IMG/VR virus record: IMGVR_UViG_3300037067_006044
Span: 1-64,000 of that record
Length of the DNA: 64,000 bases
Source of the DNA: a virus
Taxonomy: Duplodnaviria > Caudoviricetes
Direction: 5' to 3' (one strand)
Below, piece after piece: positions 9,231-19,437 of the stretch. Position 1 is the stretch's first letter; each line of letters opens with the position of its first letter. Below the pieces are notes generated by a model that was not told the origin of the DNA, did no database searches, and saw only the letters and a program-made list of their open reading frames with translations. Position numbers and translations under genes: made by a program.

Positions 9231-9899
9231 ATGACAATACAGCAATTAATAGCATCTGGTAAACCAGAACAAGCATTAAATCAATTACCAAATTCATCTG
9301 AAGTTGTTTTGCTTAAATCACGATTTTACACTCTTAAAACAAATATAAATTTAGGATTAATTAGTAATGAAGAATATAATAGAGAATTAGCAAAAATTAA
9401 TTATTCTATTTTATCTTTATGTAGAAATGATAATGATGTGGAATATGTAGGAGAAGTAAAGCAAATTAGTAATAATCCAAAAGATATTTTATCAGAAATT
9501 ATTATTAATAATAAACGAAGAAGAACAGACATTTCAGATAGAGCGCAGACTATTTTAATTCAATATAATCAATATGAACAAGAAAAACTATTAAATCCTT
9601 CTTATGATATTGTTGGTAGAAGATTAAAAAATTTAAATGAACAAGTCAATGCTCTTCAATTAGAACTACAGGAACAAAAAGAAGAATCATTGGAAGAAAT
9701 AGTTGAAAAAATAAATATATTAATATCAGAAACAATTCCTTCTTATATTCATTTAAAAGAAGCTTATAAATTATCTTCTGGTAGAGGAATGAAAGATAGT
9801 TGGATTGAAGACCAATTAAATAATACTCCAAATGATAATGAAGTTAGAATTGGAATTGCTGAAAAAATAGAATTATTTATATCTAAATTAAATAAATAA
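9231..9899 (+). CDS. Effector-associated domain 11 (EAD11) protein with helical C-terminal region
   Basis: IQQLIASGKPEQAL...VVLLKSRF...LGLISNEEYNRELAKINYSILSL fits the EAD11 pattern as recalled. Confidence 0.75.
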   Translation: MTIQQLIASGKPEQALNQLPNSSEVVLLKSRFYTLKTNINLGLISNEEYNRELAKINYSILSLCRNDNDVEYVGEVKQISNNPKDILSEIIINNKRRRTDISDRAQTILIQYNQYEQEKLLNPSYDIVGRRLKNLNEQVNALQLELQEQKEESLEEIVEKINILISETIPSYIHLKEAYKLSSGRGMKDSWIEDQLNNTPNDNEVRIGIAEKIELFISKLNK

Positions 9900-10025
9900 C
9901 AAATAAATTATAAATTATGGCATCAAAAGAAGATAGATTATCTGAAGCATTAGCTTGTAGATAAAAAATTAATAAATATTAAAAATGAATTTAAACAAGA
10001 GTTATTTTTGGATTAAATAAACAAA

Positions 10026-10952
10026 ATGATAAAAAAATATGAAAATACTATATTTGAAGATGACAATATTAATATACTAAGAAATCTTCCTTCAAATATA
10101 GTTGATTTAATTTGTATTGATCCTCCTTACAACATTTCAAAAGACTATTGGGACATATTTAAAACCAAAGAAGAATATCTTTTATTTATAATTGAAAGAA
10201 TAAAAGAATCAATAAGAGTATTAAAACCAAATGGTTCATTTTATATTTTTCATAATGATTATTTAGTATTAAATGAAATAGTAAATCTTATATTAAAAGA
10301 AACTACCTTAGAATTTAAACAATTTATTACATGGAATAAAAGATTTAAAGATTCTAAGAATAAAGGATTTTTAGATGGTTATGTTTGTTTGACAGCAAAT
10401 AAAAACTATCAAAAGATGGCAGAATATATTGTTTATTTTACCAATACAGAATATAAAAAAGATTTAAATGAATATTTTCAATTATTAGGAAAATCAATCG
10501 GCGGGACTAAGAAAATAAACGAATTTTATGGTCACAGAAAATATGAAAATTGCTTTGTTGATATTGATAAACCTTATTGGTATTTAATGAATGAAGAATT
10601 ATATAATCAATTATTTCAAGATTTTAAAACTAAATTAGAATCATTTAATAAAAGAGAATATAAAGAATTAAAAACATTAACTTATAATAATCAAAATAAT
10701 TCGCATTCAGTTTGGGATTATGATATTGCATCAAAAGAAATTCATATCACTCCAAAACCAATAGATTTATTAAAAAATATAATACTTCATAGTTCAGATG
10801 AAAACGATTTATGTATGGATTATTTTGCTGGTACTGGTAGTTTTGGTAAAGCATGTGTTCAAACTAATAGAAAATATATTCTTATTGAAAGAGATAAAAA
10901 CTATATTGAATATATAAACAAAGAACTGAAAAATAAATTGTTTGAATTTTAA
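10026..10952 (+). CDS. N4/N6 DNA methyltransferase, beta class
   Basis: DPPY, HITPKP, DYFAGTGS; ends KNKLFEF. Confidence 0.93.
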   Translation: MIKKYENTIFEDDNINILRNLPSNIVDLICIDPPYNISKDYWDIFKTKEEYLLFIIERIKESIRVLKPNGSFYIFHNDYLVLNEIVNLILKETTLEFKQFITWNKRFKDSKNKGFLDGYVCLTANKNYQKMAEYIVYFTNTEYKKDLNEYFQLLGKSIGGTKKINEFYGHRKYENCFVDIDKPYWYLMNEELYNQLFQDFKTKLESFNKREYKELKTLTYNNQNNSHSVWDYDIASKEIHITPKPIDLLKNIILHSSDENDLCMDYFAGTGSFGKACVQTNRKYILIERDKNYIEYINKELKNKLFEF

Positions 10953-11117
10953 AATTAAAATTTATTATGAAAAATGAAGAAATATATACATTAAAACAAG
11001 TTAAAAATTTATTTAAATTATATAGTGAATATTTATGTTCTTATTTAGACCAAGATGATATTGGAATAAATATAACAGAAGAAGGTATATTAAAATGGTT
11101 GGATAAAAATATTAATT

Positions 11118-11600
11118 ATGAAAAATGAAGATAGATATGATTTAATAGATTCTTTAAGTTTTTATAGAACAGAAGCACTTGGAATAGGTACTAATAAAAT
11201 CAAAAGAAGATTAAATAAATTAATAGAAACAAATCATATAGTTGAAATAATTAGAACTTTAATTGATGTTGAAGATTGTAATATTTCTGCTAAAAAATAT
11301 TCTCATTCTAAATATAAGGATGAATACTATAATAGAAAACAATCGTTAATATCAGATTTAATTCTACTTTATAAAGAACATAATTATATTTATGGAAGAC
11401 AGAAATCAGATGCAATAGGAATTAAAGATGTTATATTCTTTGAACTTCCAAACTCACCCGTTCAAGTTTCATTTCATACAAATTTAAAAGAAAATAATGT
11501 TCCTGAATATTCCAAATGCTGGGATAGAAAGATTAATTCTACAATGGATAAAATATTCAAATATATCAAAGATAATAAATTGATTAGTTTGGAAAAGTAA
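11118..11600 (+). CDS. Hypothetical protein
   Basis: 160 aa; FFELP..QVSFH...WD pattern. Confidence 0.7.
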   Translation: MKNEDRYDLIDSLSFYRTEALGIGTNKIKRRLNKLIETNHIVEIIRTLIDVEDCNISAKKYSHSKYKDEYYNRKQSLISDLILLYKEHNYIYGRQKSDAIGIKDVIFFELPNSPVQVSFHTNLKENNVPEYSKCWDRKINSTMDKIFKYIKDNKLISLEK

Positions 11601-11865
11601 AATCATTTGGTTTATCATCTGATATTTTAGTATTGTAAGAATTCTTTTTTAAAAAATCGTCTGTATAAATTAAATAATCTTCTCTAATTTTATTTCATTG
11701 AGTAAATGATACATTTGAAAAATCAATAAATTTCTCTTGATTATAATTATCATTATTAACATTATTTTTAATATCCGATTTACTACATATTTTTATTAAT
11801 TACTTTAAAATATAAAAATAATCTGATAAATAATACTTCAAGAGTTTTGTTTGTTTTATTCTTTT

Positions 11866-12183
11866 TCATTTTTTAATATAAATTGTTTTAGAAATATTTT
11901 CGTATGAAATCGGTATTGGATTATTTTCTTTATTAGTCATAAATTCAAATTTATTTAATTTTCTGAATTTATTTACATCAACATCATTAAAATTAAATTT
12001 AAGAACAATTTTATAATCATTTCTATTTTTAGTACAAAATGTTCCATCTTGTACTCTATTTTTTAAAAATTTAAAATTATCAGTAAACCATTTATAATTA
12101 TGATGATTATTATCAAACGATAATTCATTATTTTGAATTGTTTTTTGATATTCTTCAAACGACATAGCTCTATAAAGAATCAT
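11866..12183 (-). CDS. Hypothetical protein
   Basis: 105 aa; starts LYRAMSFEE. Confidence 0.65.
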   Translation of the reverse strand: MILYRAMSFEEYQKTIQNNELSFDNNHHNYKWFTDNFKFLKNRVQDGTFCTKNRNDYKIVLKFNFNDVDVNKFRKLNKFEFMTNKENNPIPISYENISKTIYIKK

Positions 12184-12388
12184 TTCACGGATACTTAATA
12201 TTATATTGTGTATGAATTAAATTCGAAATCTTTTTTATTTAATAATCTTCTCATTTTTCTATTTTATTGTATTTTTTCTGTTTTATGATAAGTTCTTTTA
12301 GATTTTTTAGGATTTAACATATAAGCTATCCTGTTTTCTATTTGTTGAGTTTTAAGTACCATGTATTTATGTTTTTAAATTTATAGTA

Positions 12389-12419
12389 CAAATATACAAT
12401 TAATATTTAAGATTACAAA
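12389..12419 (-). promoter_or_regulatory. Bacteroidota-type promoter
   Basis: TTTG-N19-TATATTTG on the minus strand. Confidence 0.65.
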
Positions 12420-12454
12420 ATAAAAGCAAAGAAAAATTAATTAATTTTTAGATT

Positions 12455-13168
12455 TTAACATTTATTAACAACTATACCATCACACCAAATACTATCTTTC
12501 AATAATTCATTTATATCTGTTTTATAATTAGATTTGTTTATAATGAAATTAGACATTGATATATTTGTGATTATTTTATCTTTCCAATTTTTATTATCTG
12601 GAATAGTAGAATCAAGAGTTTTAATTTTAAATAATAGATGTTTATCGATATTCTTAACTATATTATTATAAATAAGATTAAGACTTTGAGTTTTAAAGAA
12701 TGTATAATTCTCAGTCAAATGTATAACATATCCAGATTTAAGTTTTTCATTTAAATTTTCATTATTTTTAATAATACAATCAATTTGATAATTCTTTAGA
12801 TAAGAAAGAGTACTATCATTTTCATAAACACATATTAAATAATAATTCTTATAGACTTGATTGATTAGACTTGTATAAAAAGATTTAAAGTTTTTAACAT
12901 TTCCATTTGTATTAACAACAATATTAATAATTGGTTGATTATTTTGCAATGAAGATTGTCTTAATGATTCTGCATTAATAGTTTTAATTGGCTTTTTATT
13001 AGTTGTAATAGAAGGTAATATTGTATTTGATACTTCTTTGTTTATTGTATTTAATTTATTTTTTATTTTTTCATTATTAGTTTTTACAATATTTTCAATT
13101 ATAGTTTGAGTCTTTAATTTATTAATATTTAATGATTTAGTATCATTTTCAATTAAAGTTTTTTTTTG
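12455..13168 (-). CDS. GT2-like glycosyltransferase domain in a frame that opens at the A9 tract; probable C-terminal half of a frameshifted gene
   Basis: Frame is open 13168-12455 with no ATG upstream of the tracked TTG at 12949; IINIVVNT...SLINQVYKNYYLICVYE resembles a GT-A N-terminus. Confidence 0.5.
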   Translation of the reverse strand, partial: QKKTLIENDTKSLNINKLKTQTIIENIVKTNNEKIKNKLNTINKEVSNTILPSITTNKKPIKTINAESLRQSSLQNNQPIINIVVNTNGNVKNFKSFYTSLINQVYKNYYLICVYENDSTLSYLKNYQIDCIIKNNENLNEKLKSGYVIHLTENYTFFKTQSLNLIYNNIVKNIDKHLLFKIKTLDSTIPDNKNWKDKIITNISMSNFIINKSNYKTDINELLKDSIWCDGIVVNKC

Positions 13169-13764
13169 TCATTATCATTTACGATTTCTAATGTTTGTTT
13201 ATTATAGAAAGAAGTAATAACATTATTATCAACAAATAATCCTTTATCAAAGTTAATGATTTTATTTAATTGTTCTTTTTGTTTTAAATTTTCAATTGTT
13301 TGAGAAAAAGGAGTTTCCGAAATATTAAATTGCAAATGATTTAAATATTCAGATTTATTAATAAGTAAGAAATTCTTATCTAAGTTATTATTAATAAAAG
13401 ATGAAAGCGAATGAAAATTATCTTCAATATTTCTATTAAGAACATCAAATAACCCAAATGATTTTAGAAATAAATCTTCTGATATAAATAATATATAATC
13501 TTTTCCACTATCATTAATAGCTTTATTCATTATTAAACCAAGAGAAAAAGATGATTCTAACTTTTCATATATTACATTTTTATCAAAGTTTCTTAAATCA
13601 ATAAACATTTTATCATATTTATTATTATATGAAAAAGTATCTATTATTTTGATCGTAATATCAGACGATAGAAAATAACGAATAGTAAAATAAAGTCTAT
13701 AATTATAATGAAAATTATTACTTCTATTTATAAGAACAATTTCTAAGTTTGTTTCATTTAACAT
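13153..13764 (-). CDS. Degenerate GT2-like glycosyltransferase
   Basis: IKIID...FSLGLIMNKAINDSGKDYILFISED resembles GT-A core; DxD is degenerate. Confidence 0.55.
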   Translation of the reverse strand: MLNETNLEIVLINRSNNFHYNYRLYFTIRYFLSSDITIKIIDTFSYNNKYDKMFIDLRNFDKNVIYEKLESSFSLGLIMNKAINDSGKDYILFISEDLFLKSFGLFDVLNRNIEDNFHSLSSFINNNLDKNFLLINKSEYLNHLQFNISETPFSQTIENLKQKEQLNKIINFDKGLFVDNNVITSFYNKQTLEIVNDNDKKKL

Positions 13765-13882
13765 TTTTATTTTTATTTAAAATATATAAAATAAATATAA
13801 AATTATTATATTTTAAATAAAAATTATTCTTATGGATTTTATTCTTCAAAAAGATTGTCAAACATGTCAATTAATCACATTA

Positions 13883-14164
13883 TTAAATGCTTTTATTTAT
13901 AAGCAAAATATAAATATAATTTCTCCAATTGAGTCCTGAACTAATATTATATTTTATACATAATTCTTGATTACTTTGAATTGAATTTAAATAAGGATGT
14001 TTTATTGATGATAATTTTCTTACTGACCAAAGTACTTCTAATATATTTTCTTTACGTGAATAATAAACATGATCAATTAAATTTATTTTATTTTTAAATA
14101 ATTGTTCCAATTTCATTTTTTCATCTATCAATTCTTCTGATGACATATTTTTATAATCTATCAT
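13883..14164 (-). CDS. Hypothetical protein
   Basis: 93 aa ORF. Confidence 0.55.
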   Translation of the reverse strand: MIDYKNMSSEELIDEKMKLEQLFKNKINLIDHVYYSRKENILEVLWSVRKLSSIKHPYLNSIQSNQELCIKYNISSGLNWRNYIYILLINKSI

Positions 14165-14242
14165 ATTTTTAAATTTAAAAAATTCAATAGTATATAATTA
14201 TTTGAATTTAATTATATCTATTGAATTTATTTTTATTTTCCT

Positions 14243-14557
14243 TTAATTATTAAAGAAGAATACATAGCTTATATTGGAAAACGAATTTGTTAAAATCAAA
14301 GATGTCATATCTAATGCAACATAAACTACATCTGCATTATAAGCACATGTATAAGTACAATACTGCTTAGTCACGTCTTGTAAAATTAAGTATTCATACT
14401 GACCATATTTATTGAAAGATATTGCGATTTGCTGCATATTATTATATGCTACAAAATAAATATCTAAACCGTATGCATTGGTAAATTTAACTTGTGCGTT
14501 TGAATCAAATGTACCAATTCCAATTAATAATAATACTAATAAAATAACTTTTTTCAT
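14243..14557 (-). CDS. Secreted protein with Sec signal peptide
   Basis: MKKVILLVLLLIGIGTFDSNA-Q; Gln after the cleavage site is typical of Bacteroidota; host-type promoter at 14647-14678. Confidence 0.75.
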   Translation of the reverse strand: MKKVILLVLLLIGIGTFDSNAQVKFTNAYGLDIYFVAYNNMQQIAISFNKYGQYEYLILQDVTKQYCTYTCAYNADVVYVALDMTSLILTNSFSNISYVFFFNN

Positions 14558-14903
14558 TTTTATAAAATTTAAATGTTAATAATTGTTTTAAAATATAAAA
14601 ATTATTTTAAAATGATTAATAGTATTTTTAAATAATTTTTACTCTACAAAAATAAATAAAATAAAATTAACAAACAAATATTTTTAAACTTATTTTATAT
14701 TTATAATAAAAATAATTTATAAATAAGTTTTAATTTTCGTTATGTTGTTTCAATACCATCAAAAACTATATTTTCGTATTTTTCATCCTACATGAATAAA
14801 TCATATTTATTTTTTATAAAAAATAAGATTAAAATTTTTAAAACAATCAAATAATTTTTATATTTTTAAACAAATAAAAAATAACATAAAATTAATTAAA
14901 ATT

Positions 14904-17900
14904 ATGATATATACAAGAGAACAAGTATATGAATCAACTTTAGAATATTTTAAAAATGATGAATTGGCAACTAAAACATGGATTAATAAATATTGTTTAA
15001 AAGATTCAAATGGAAATTTATATGAATTAAATCCGGATGACACAATTAGACGAAATGCTAAAGAATTTGCAAGAATTGAAAGTAAATATCCAAATGGATT
15101 ATCTGAAACCGATATATATGAATTATTTAAAGATTTTAAATATATAGTTCCACAAGGTGGTTCATTGTCTGGGGTCGGAAATGATTTTCAATATACAAGT
15201 CTTTCGAACTGTTTCGTTGTGGGGAATGAATACGATAGTTATGGTGGGTTATTATTGACTGATCAGGAACAAGTTCAATTAATGAAACGTAGAGGAGGTT
15301 GCACCGAAGAAAATACAAATGTATTTATTAAGGATAAAGGATTAATGCATATTAAAGATGTATTAATTGGTGATTTAATTTTATCAAAAAATGATAAAAC
15401 AGGACAAGTTGAATTTAATACTATTATTGATAAATTTGAAGCCGATGTTAAATTAGAAGAGCAAGTTAAAATAACTTATAATAATGGAACAATAATAGAA
15501 ACTTCTATTAATCATCCAATAATGTCTATTGATAATAATGGTGATTATTATTATGATAAAATAATAGATAATTTAAATGTTGATAAATTTGGTATAATAT
15601 CACATACAAATCAAAATATATATGATTATGATAATCAATTATCCGATATCGGTTGGTTTACTGGGATGCATTTTGGTGATGGTACAGCAGATTTAAAAGG
15701 ATATGATAAAAAAACAGTAAGATTTAGAATTAATGGAGATGAAGAAAATTGTATTAAACATTATGGTGATATAGTAAATAATTTAACTGAATCAAATGTT
15801 AATTATAAAATATCAAGCAGAAAAGATTATAAAGTAAAAGTGTGGGAATATAATATATGTAATAAAAATGTAAATTCTATTTGTGAAAAATATTTAGATA
15901 ATCAAATAGGAAGTAAAGTATATATTGGCAAAACATCATCTTTTATAAAACAAAATAATTTATGGATGCCATTTATTTCCGGATTAATTGATTCTGATGG
16001 ACATATAAATGAAACTGGTTCAATTGACATAAGTATATGTATGAAAAATGTTATAGATGATATATGTTCAATATTATCATCCAATGGTATAGATTTTAAT
16101 GTTACAAAACGAACTCCAAAAAGAATTAATGAAAGTATTGTATATAGATTAACTATATATTTGAGAAATGAAATATTTATTAATGAAATTTTAAAAAATT
16201 TACACAATCTAAATAAACAATCTAAATTAACATCAATAATAAATAATGACAATAAAGAATCTCATTATTTATTTAAAAAAGATTTGCCAATAACATCAAT
16301 TGAAATAAACAATATTGTAGAATTAACAACAAATTATATAAAAAACAATTCAGTAACAAATAATTTTTATAATTCTTTTAAGTATGTAAATAAAACAAAA
16401 AGAATAGGATTAGCATTTTTAACTTCATTATATAATAATAATATAATCGATTTGAAATTATATAATAAAATTAATGAACGTATTAAAATAAAACAAATTG
16501 AATATATAACAGATATTAAAAAACGTTATATTGATATTGTTGTTGATCAAAATCATAATTATTTTGCTGGAAATTTTGGATTAATAAATATTCATAATTG
16601 CGGTCATGATTTATCACATATTAGACCTAAAGGAAGTCCTGTTTTAAATAGTGCTTTAACATCAACTGGTGTTGTTCCATTTATGGAAAGATTTTCTAAT
16701 TCTACCAGAGAAGTAGCACAAGACGGAAGACGTGGAGCTCTTATGTTAAGTATTCATGTAAAATCTATAGATTGTGAAGATTTTCTAAGTGCTAAATTAG
16801 ACACATCTAAAATAACCGGTGCCAATATATCTGTTAAATTAGATGATGAATTCATGAATTGTTTATTAAATAATAAAAGTTATATTCAAAGATTTCCAAT
16901 AGAGGACAACACAATATTATCAGAAGAATTTATAAATAATTTAGAATTTAATAAGATTATTAAACTTGAAAATAATACATTAATTAAGAAAATAGAACCT
17001 AAGAAAATTTGGGATAAATTAATTCATAATAATTGGAAATCAGCAGAACCAGGTGTAATGTTTTGGGATACAATGATAAGAAATAGTACCCCAGATAAAT
17101 ATAAAGATTTTGGATTTAAAACTGTTTCAACTAATCCATGTGTAATAGGAGATACTCTTGTATTAACTAATAAAGGATGGATTAAAATAAAAAATTTAAC
17201 TGAATTATATAAAACGACAAATTTTAAAATATTAACAACTAATATTAGTAATAATTTAACTTTTTCTGATTTAGAGTGGTGTGGTATAACCAAAAAACAA
17301 GATGAATTATATTGTATTACTTTTTCTAATGGTAGTTATTTAATATGTAATGATAAACATAAATTATATGACGAAAATTATAATGAAATTATTGCCATAA
17401 ATTCTGTAGGAATAAAATTATATAAGAGTTGTAATTATAAAGAAATTGTTTTTGTTGAAACTATAACTAAATTAGATTATAAAGAAGATGTTTATGATTT
17501 AACTGCAAATCCAAATTATAATTTTTTTAGTTATTTAGGAGAAGAATGTTGGAATGAAGATTTAAATATTGAAATCACAGAAACAAATAATATAACAGAA
17601 TTAAAATTTGATTCATCGAAATTAAACAATAAAAGAGATGAAATTGTCATATATCATAATTTCTTAAATAGTTTATTGTCAGTGGATTGTGGAGAAATTC
17701 CGCTTTGTCCATATGATTCGTGTAGATTATTTGTATTAAATTTATATAGTTATGTAGAAAATCCATTTACAAAAAATGCTAAATTTAATTTTAAATTGTT
17801 TGATATTCATGTTCAATATGCACAACGATTCATGGACGATTTAATTGATTTAGAAATTGAAAAAATTGACAAAATATTAGAAAAAATAGAAAAAGACCCA

Positions 17901-19325
17901 GAAGATGAATTTACAAAATTGATTGAAAAGAATCTTTGGATTAAAATTAAAGAAAAAGCAATTCAAGGACGAAGAACTGGATTAGGTACAACTTCTTTAG
18001 GTGATTGTATTGCTGCATTAAATATAAAATTCGGAACAGATGAAGCCAATAAACAAATAAAAGAAATTTATACTCATAAAGCTATTAATGAATATAAATC
18101 GTCTGTAATAATGGCAAAAGAAAGAGGAGTATTTCCAATATACAATTCAGAATTAGAAAAAGATGACGATTTTATTAATTTTATTCTAAGTTTAGATACA
18201 GAATTAAAAGATTTATATGGTCAATACGGCAGAAGAAATATTTCAATATCTACAAATTCTCCCACAGGAACAATTTCTCTTATGACTCAAACAACTTCTG
18301 GAATAGAACCTTGTTTTTTACCTTATTATAAAAGAAGAAGAAAAATAAATCCCAATGACAAAAATGCTAAAATAGATTTTGTTGATCAAAATGGAGATTC
18401 TTGGGAAGAATATAGTGTGTTACATCACAAATTTAAAACATTTATAGAAATAGTTCATCCTGAATTAGATGTATATATATTAACAGATAAACAATTAAAA
18501 GAATTATATGAATCTTCTCCTTATTATGGAGCATGTGCAAATGATATTGATAGTTTAAAAAGTGTAGAAATGCAAGGAATAATTCAATCATATATTTCTC
18601 ATTCTATATCAAAAACATGCGGATTACCAGAAACAAGTACAGAACAAGATATTAGCAATTTATATTTTGATGCTTGGAAACACGGATGCAAAGGATTTAC
18701 TATTTATAGAGAAGGGAGCCGCTCAGGTGTTTTAATTTCTAATGACAAAAAACAAGAAACTGAAATTCAAATAAAGGTAAATGATGCCCCTAAAAGACCA
18801 AAAGAATTAAAAACAGATGTTATTAGATTTACTAATAATAAGGAACAATGGATTGGTTTTGTAGGATTATTAGATAATCATCCTTATGAAATATTTACTG
18901 GTAGATTTAATGATTTTCCCGTTCCTTTATATGTTGAAAAAGGCATTGTAAGTAAAATAAAAGATAACGGACATGGAAGTAGATATGATTTTACTTATAT
19001 TGATAAAGATGGATTTGAAGTTATAATGCAAGGTTTAAATCGTGTATTTGACAGAGAATGTTGGAATTATGCTAAATTCTTATCTGCTCTTCTTAGACAT
19101 GGAACTCCTCAACAATATATAGTTAAAATTGTAGAAACTCTTAAATTTGAAAATGATATTGAATTAATAATGACTAATTGGAAAAAAGGTGTTATTAGAA
19201 TTCTAAAAAAATATATTAAAGAAGGAGTTGAATCAGGAGAAAAATGTCCAGAATGTGGGTCTAAATTAGTTTATAAAGAAGGGTGCGTAGGATGCTCTCA
19301 ATGCAGTTATTCAAAGTGCGGATAA
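14904..19325 (+). CDS. nrdJ: Class II (adenosylcobalamin-dependent) ribonucleotide reductase with two inteins
   Basis: SLSNCFV, QDGRRGALM, STNP/CGE, RRTGLG, PTGTISLM, SGIEP, KGFTIYREGSR; C-terminal TSCPD-like region and Zn ribbon. Confidence 0.95.
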   Translation: MIYTREQVYESTLEYFKNDELATKTWINKYCLKDSNGNLYELNPDDTIRRNAKEFARIESKYPNGLSETDIYELFKDFKYIVPQGGSLSGVGNDFQYTSLSNCFVVGNEYDSYGGLLLTDQEQVQLMKRRGGCTEENTNVFIKDKGLMHIKDVLIGDLILSKNDKTGQVEFNTIIDKFEADVKLEEQVKITYNNGTIIETSINHPIMSIDNNGDYYYDKIIDNLNVDKFGIISHTNQNIYDYDNQLSDIGWFTGMHFGDGTADLKGYDKKTVRFRINGDEENCIKHYGDIVNNLTESNVNYKISSRKDYKVKVWEYNICNKNVNSICEKYLDNQIGSKVYIGKTSSFIKQNNLWMPFISGLIDSDGHINETGSIDISICMKNVIDDICSILSSNGIDFNVTKRTPKRINESIVYRLTIYLRNEIFINEILKNLHNLNKQSKLTSIINNDNKESHYLFKKDLPITSIEINNIVELTTNYIKNNSVTNNFYNSFKYVNKTKRIGLAFLTSLYNNNIIDLKLYNKINERIKIKQIEYITDIKKRYIDIVVDQNHNYFAGNFGLINIHNCGHDLSHIRPKGSPVLNSALTSTGVVPFMERFSNSTREVAQDGRRGALMLSIHVKSIDCEDFLSAKLDTSKITGANISVKLDDEFMNCLLNNKSYIQRFPIEDNTILSEEFINNLEFNKIIKLENNTLIKKIEPKKIWDKLIHNNWKSAEPGVMFWDTMIRNSTPDKYKDFGFKTVSTNPCVIGDTLVLTNKGWIKIKNLTELYKTTNFKILTTNISNNLTFSDLEWCGITKKQDELYCITFSNGSYLICNDKHKLYDENYNEIIAINSVGIKLYKSCNYKEIVFVETITKLDYKEDVYDLTANPNYNFFSYLGEECWNEDLNIEITETNNITELKFDSSKLNNKRDEIVIYHNFLNSLLSVDCGEIPLCPYDSCRLFVLNLYSYVENPFTKNAKFNFKLFDIHVQYAQRFMDDLIDLEIEKIDKILEKIEKDPEDEFTKLIEKNLWIKIKEKAIQGRRTGLGTTSLGDCIAALNIKFGTDEANKQIKEIYTHKAINEYKSSVIMAKERGVFPIYNSELEKDDDFINFILSLDTELKDLYGQYGRRNISISTNSPTGTISLMTQTTSGIEPCFLPYYKRRRKINPNDKNAKIDFVDQNGDSWEEYSVLHHKFKTFIEIVHPELDVYILTDKQLKELYESSPYYGACANDIDSLKSVEMQGIIQSYISHSISKTCGLPETSTEQDISNLYFDAWKHGCKGFTIYREGSRSGVLISNDKKQETEIQIKVNDAPKRPKELKTDVIRFTNNKEQWIGFVGLLDNHPYEIFTGRFNDFPVPLYVEKGIVSKIKDNGHGSRYDFTYIDKDGFEVIMQGLNRVFDRECWNYAKFLSALLRHGTPQQYIVKIVETLKFENDIELIMTNWKKGVIRILKKYIKEGVESGEKCPECGSKLVYKEGCVGCSQCSYSKCG
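15300..16598 (+). mobile_element. Intein 1 in NrdJ, 433 aa, with LAGLIDADG homing endonuclease
   Basis: RRGG|CTEENT...TSINH...GMHFGDG...GLIDSDG...YIDIVVD..HNYF..IHN|CGHDLS. Confidence 0.92.
17139..17687 (+). mobile_element. Intein 2 in NrdJ, 183-aa mini-intein ending in Asp
   Basis: STNP|CVIGDT...NDKH...VYDLTANPNYNFF...LLSVD|CGEIPL. Confidence 0.85.
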
Positions 19326-19437
19326 CCAACGACTTATATAATAATGAAGGGATATAATAATTACTTGTATCTCTTTTTTAATTTATATTTTTATATTTAT
19401 ATTTTTAAAAACAAACTTAAAATCATTAAATTTTTAA

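Noticed and set aside
11866-12183. LYRAMS start suggesting an ADP-ribosyltransferase fold
   Set aside because: No convincing downstream S-x-S or catalytic Glu motif
14696-14910. Possible third sRNA cassette upstream of nrdJ (two promoter motifs; ttatgttgttt versus aaataacataa)
   Set aside because: Match is AT-rich with a wobble; no loop-displaying hairpins or terminator found
19324-19333. aaccaacgac also found near 48953, both in intergenic DNA
   Set aside because: Only two 10-nt copies with no shared structure
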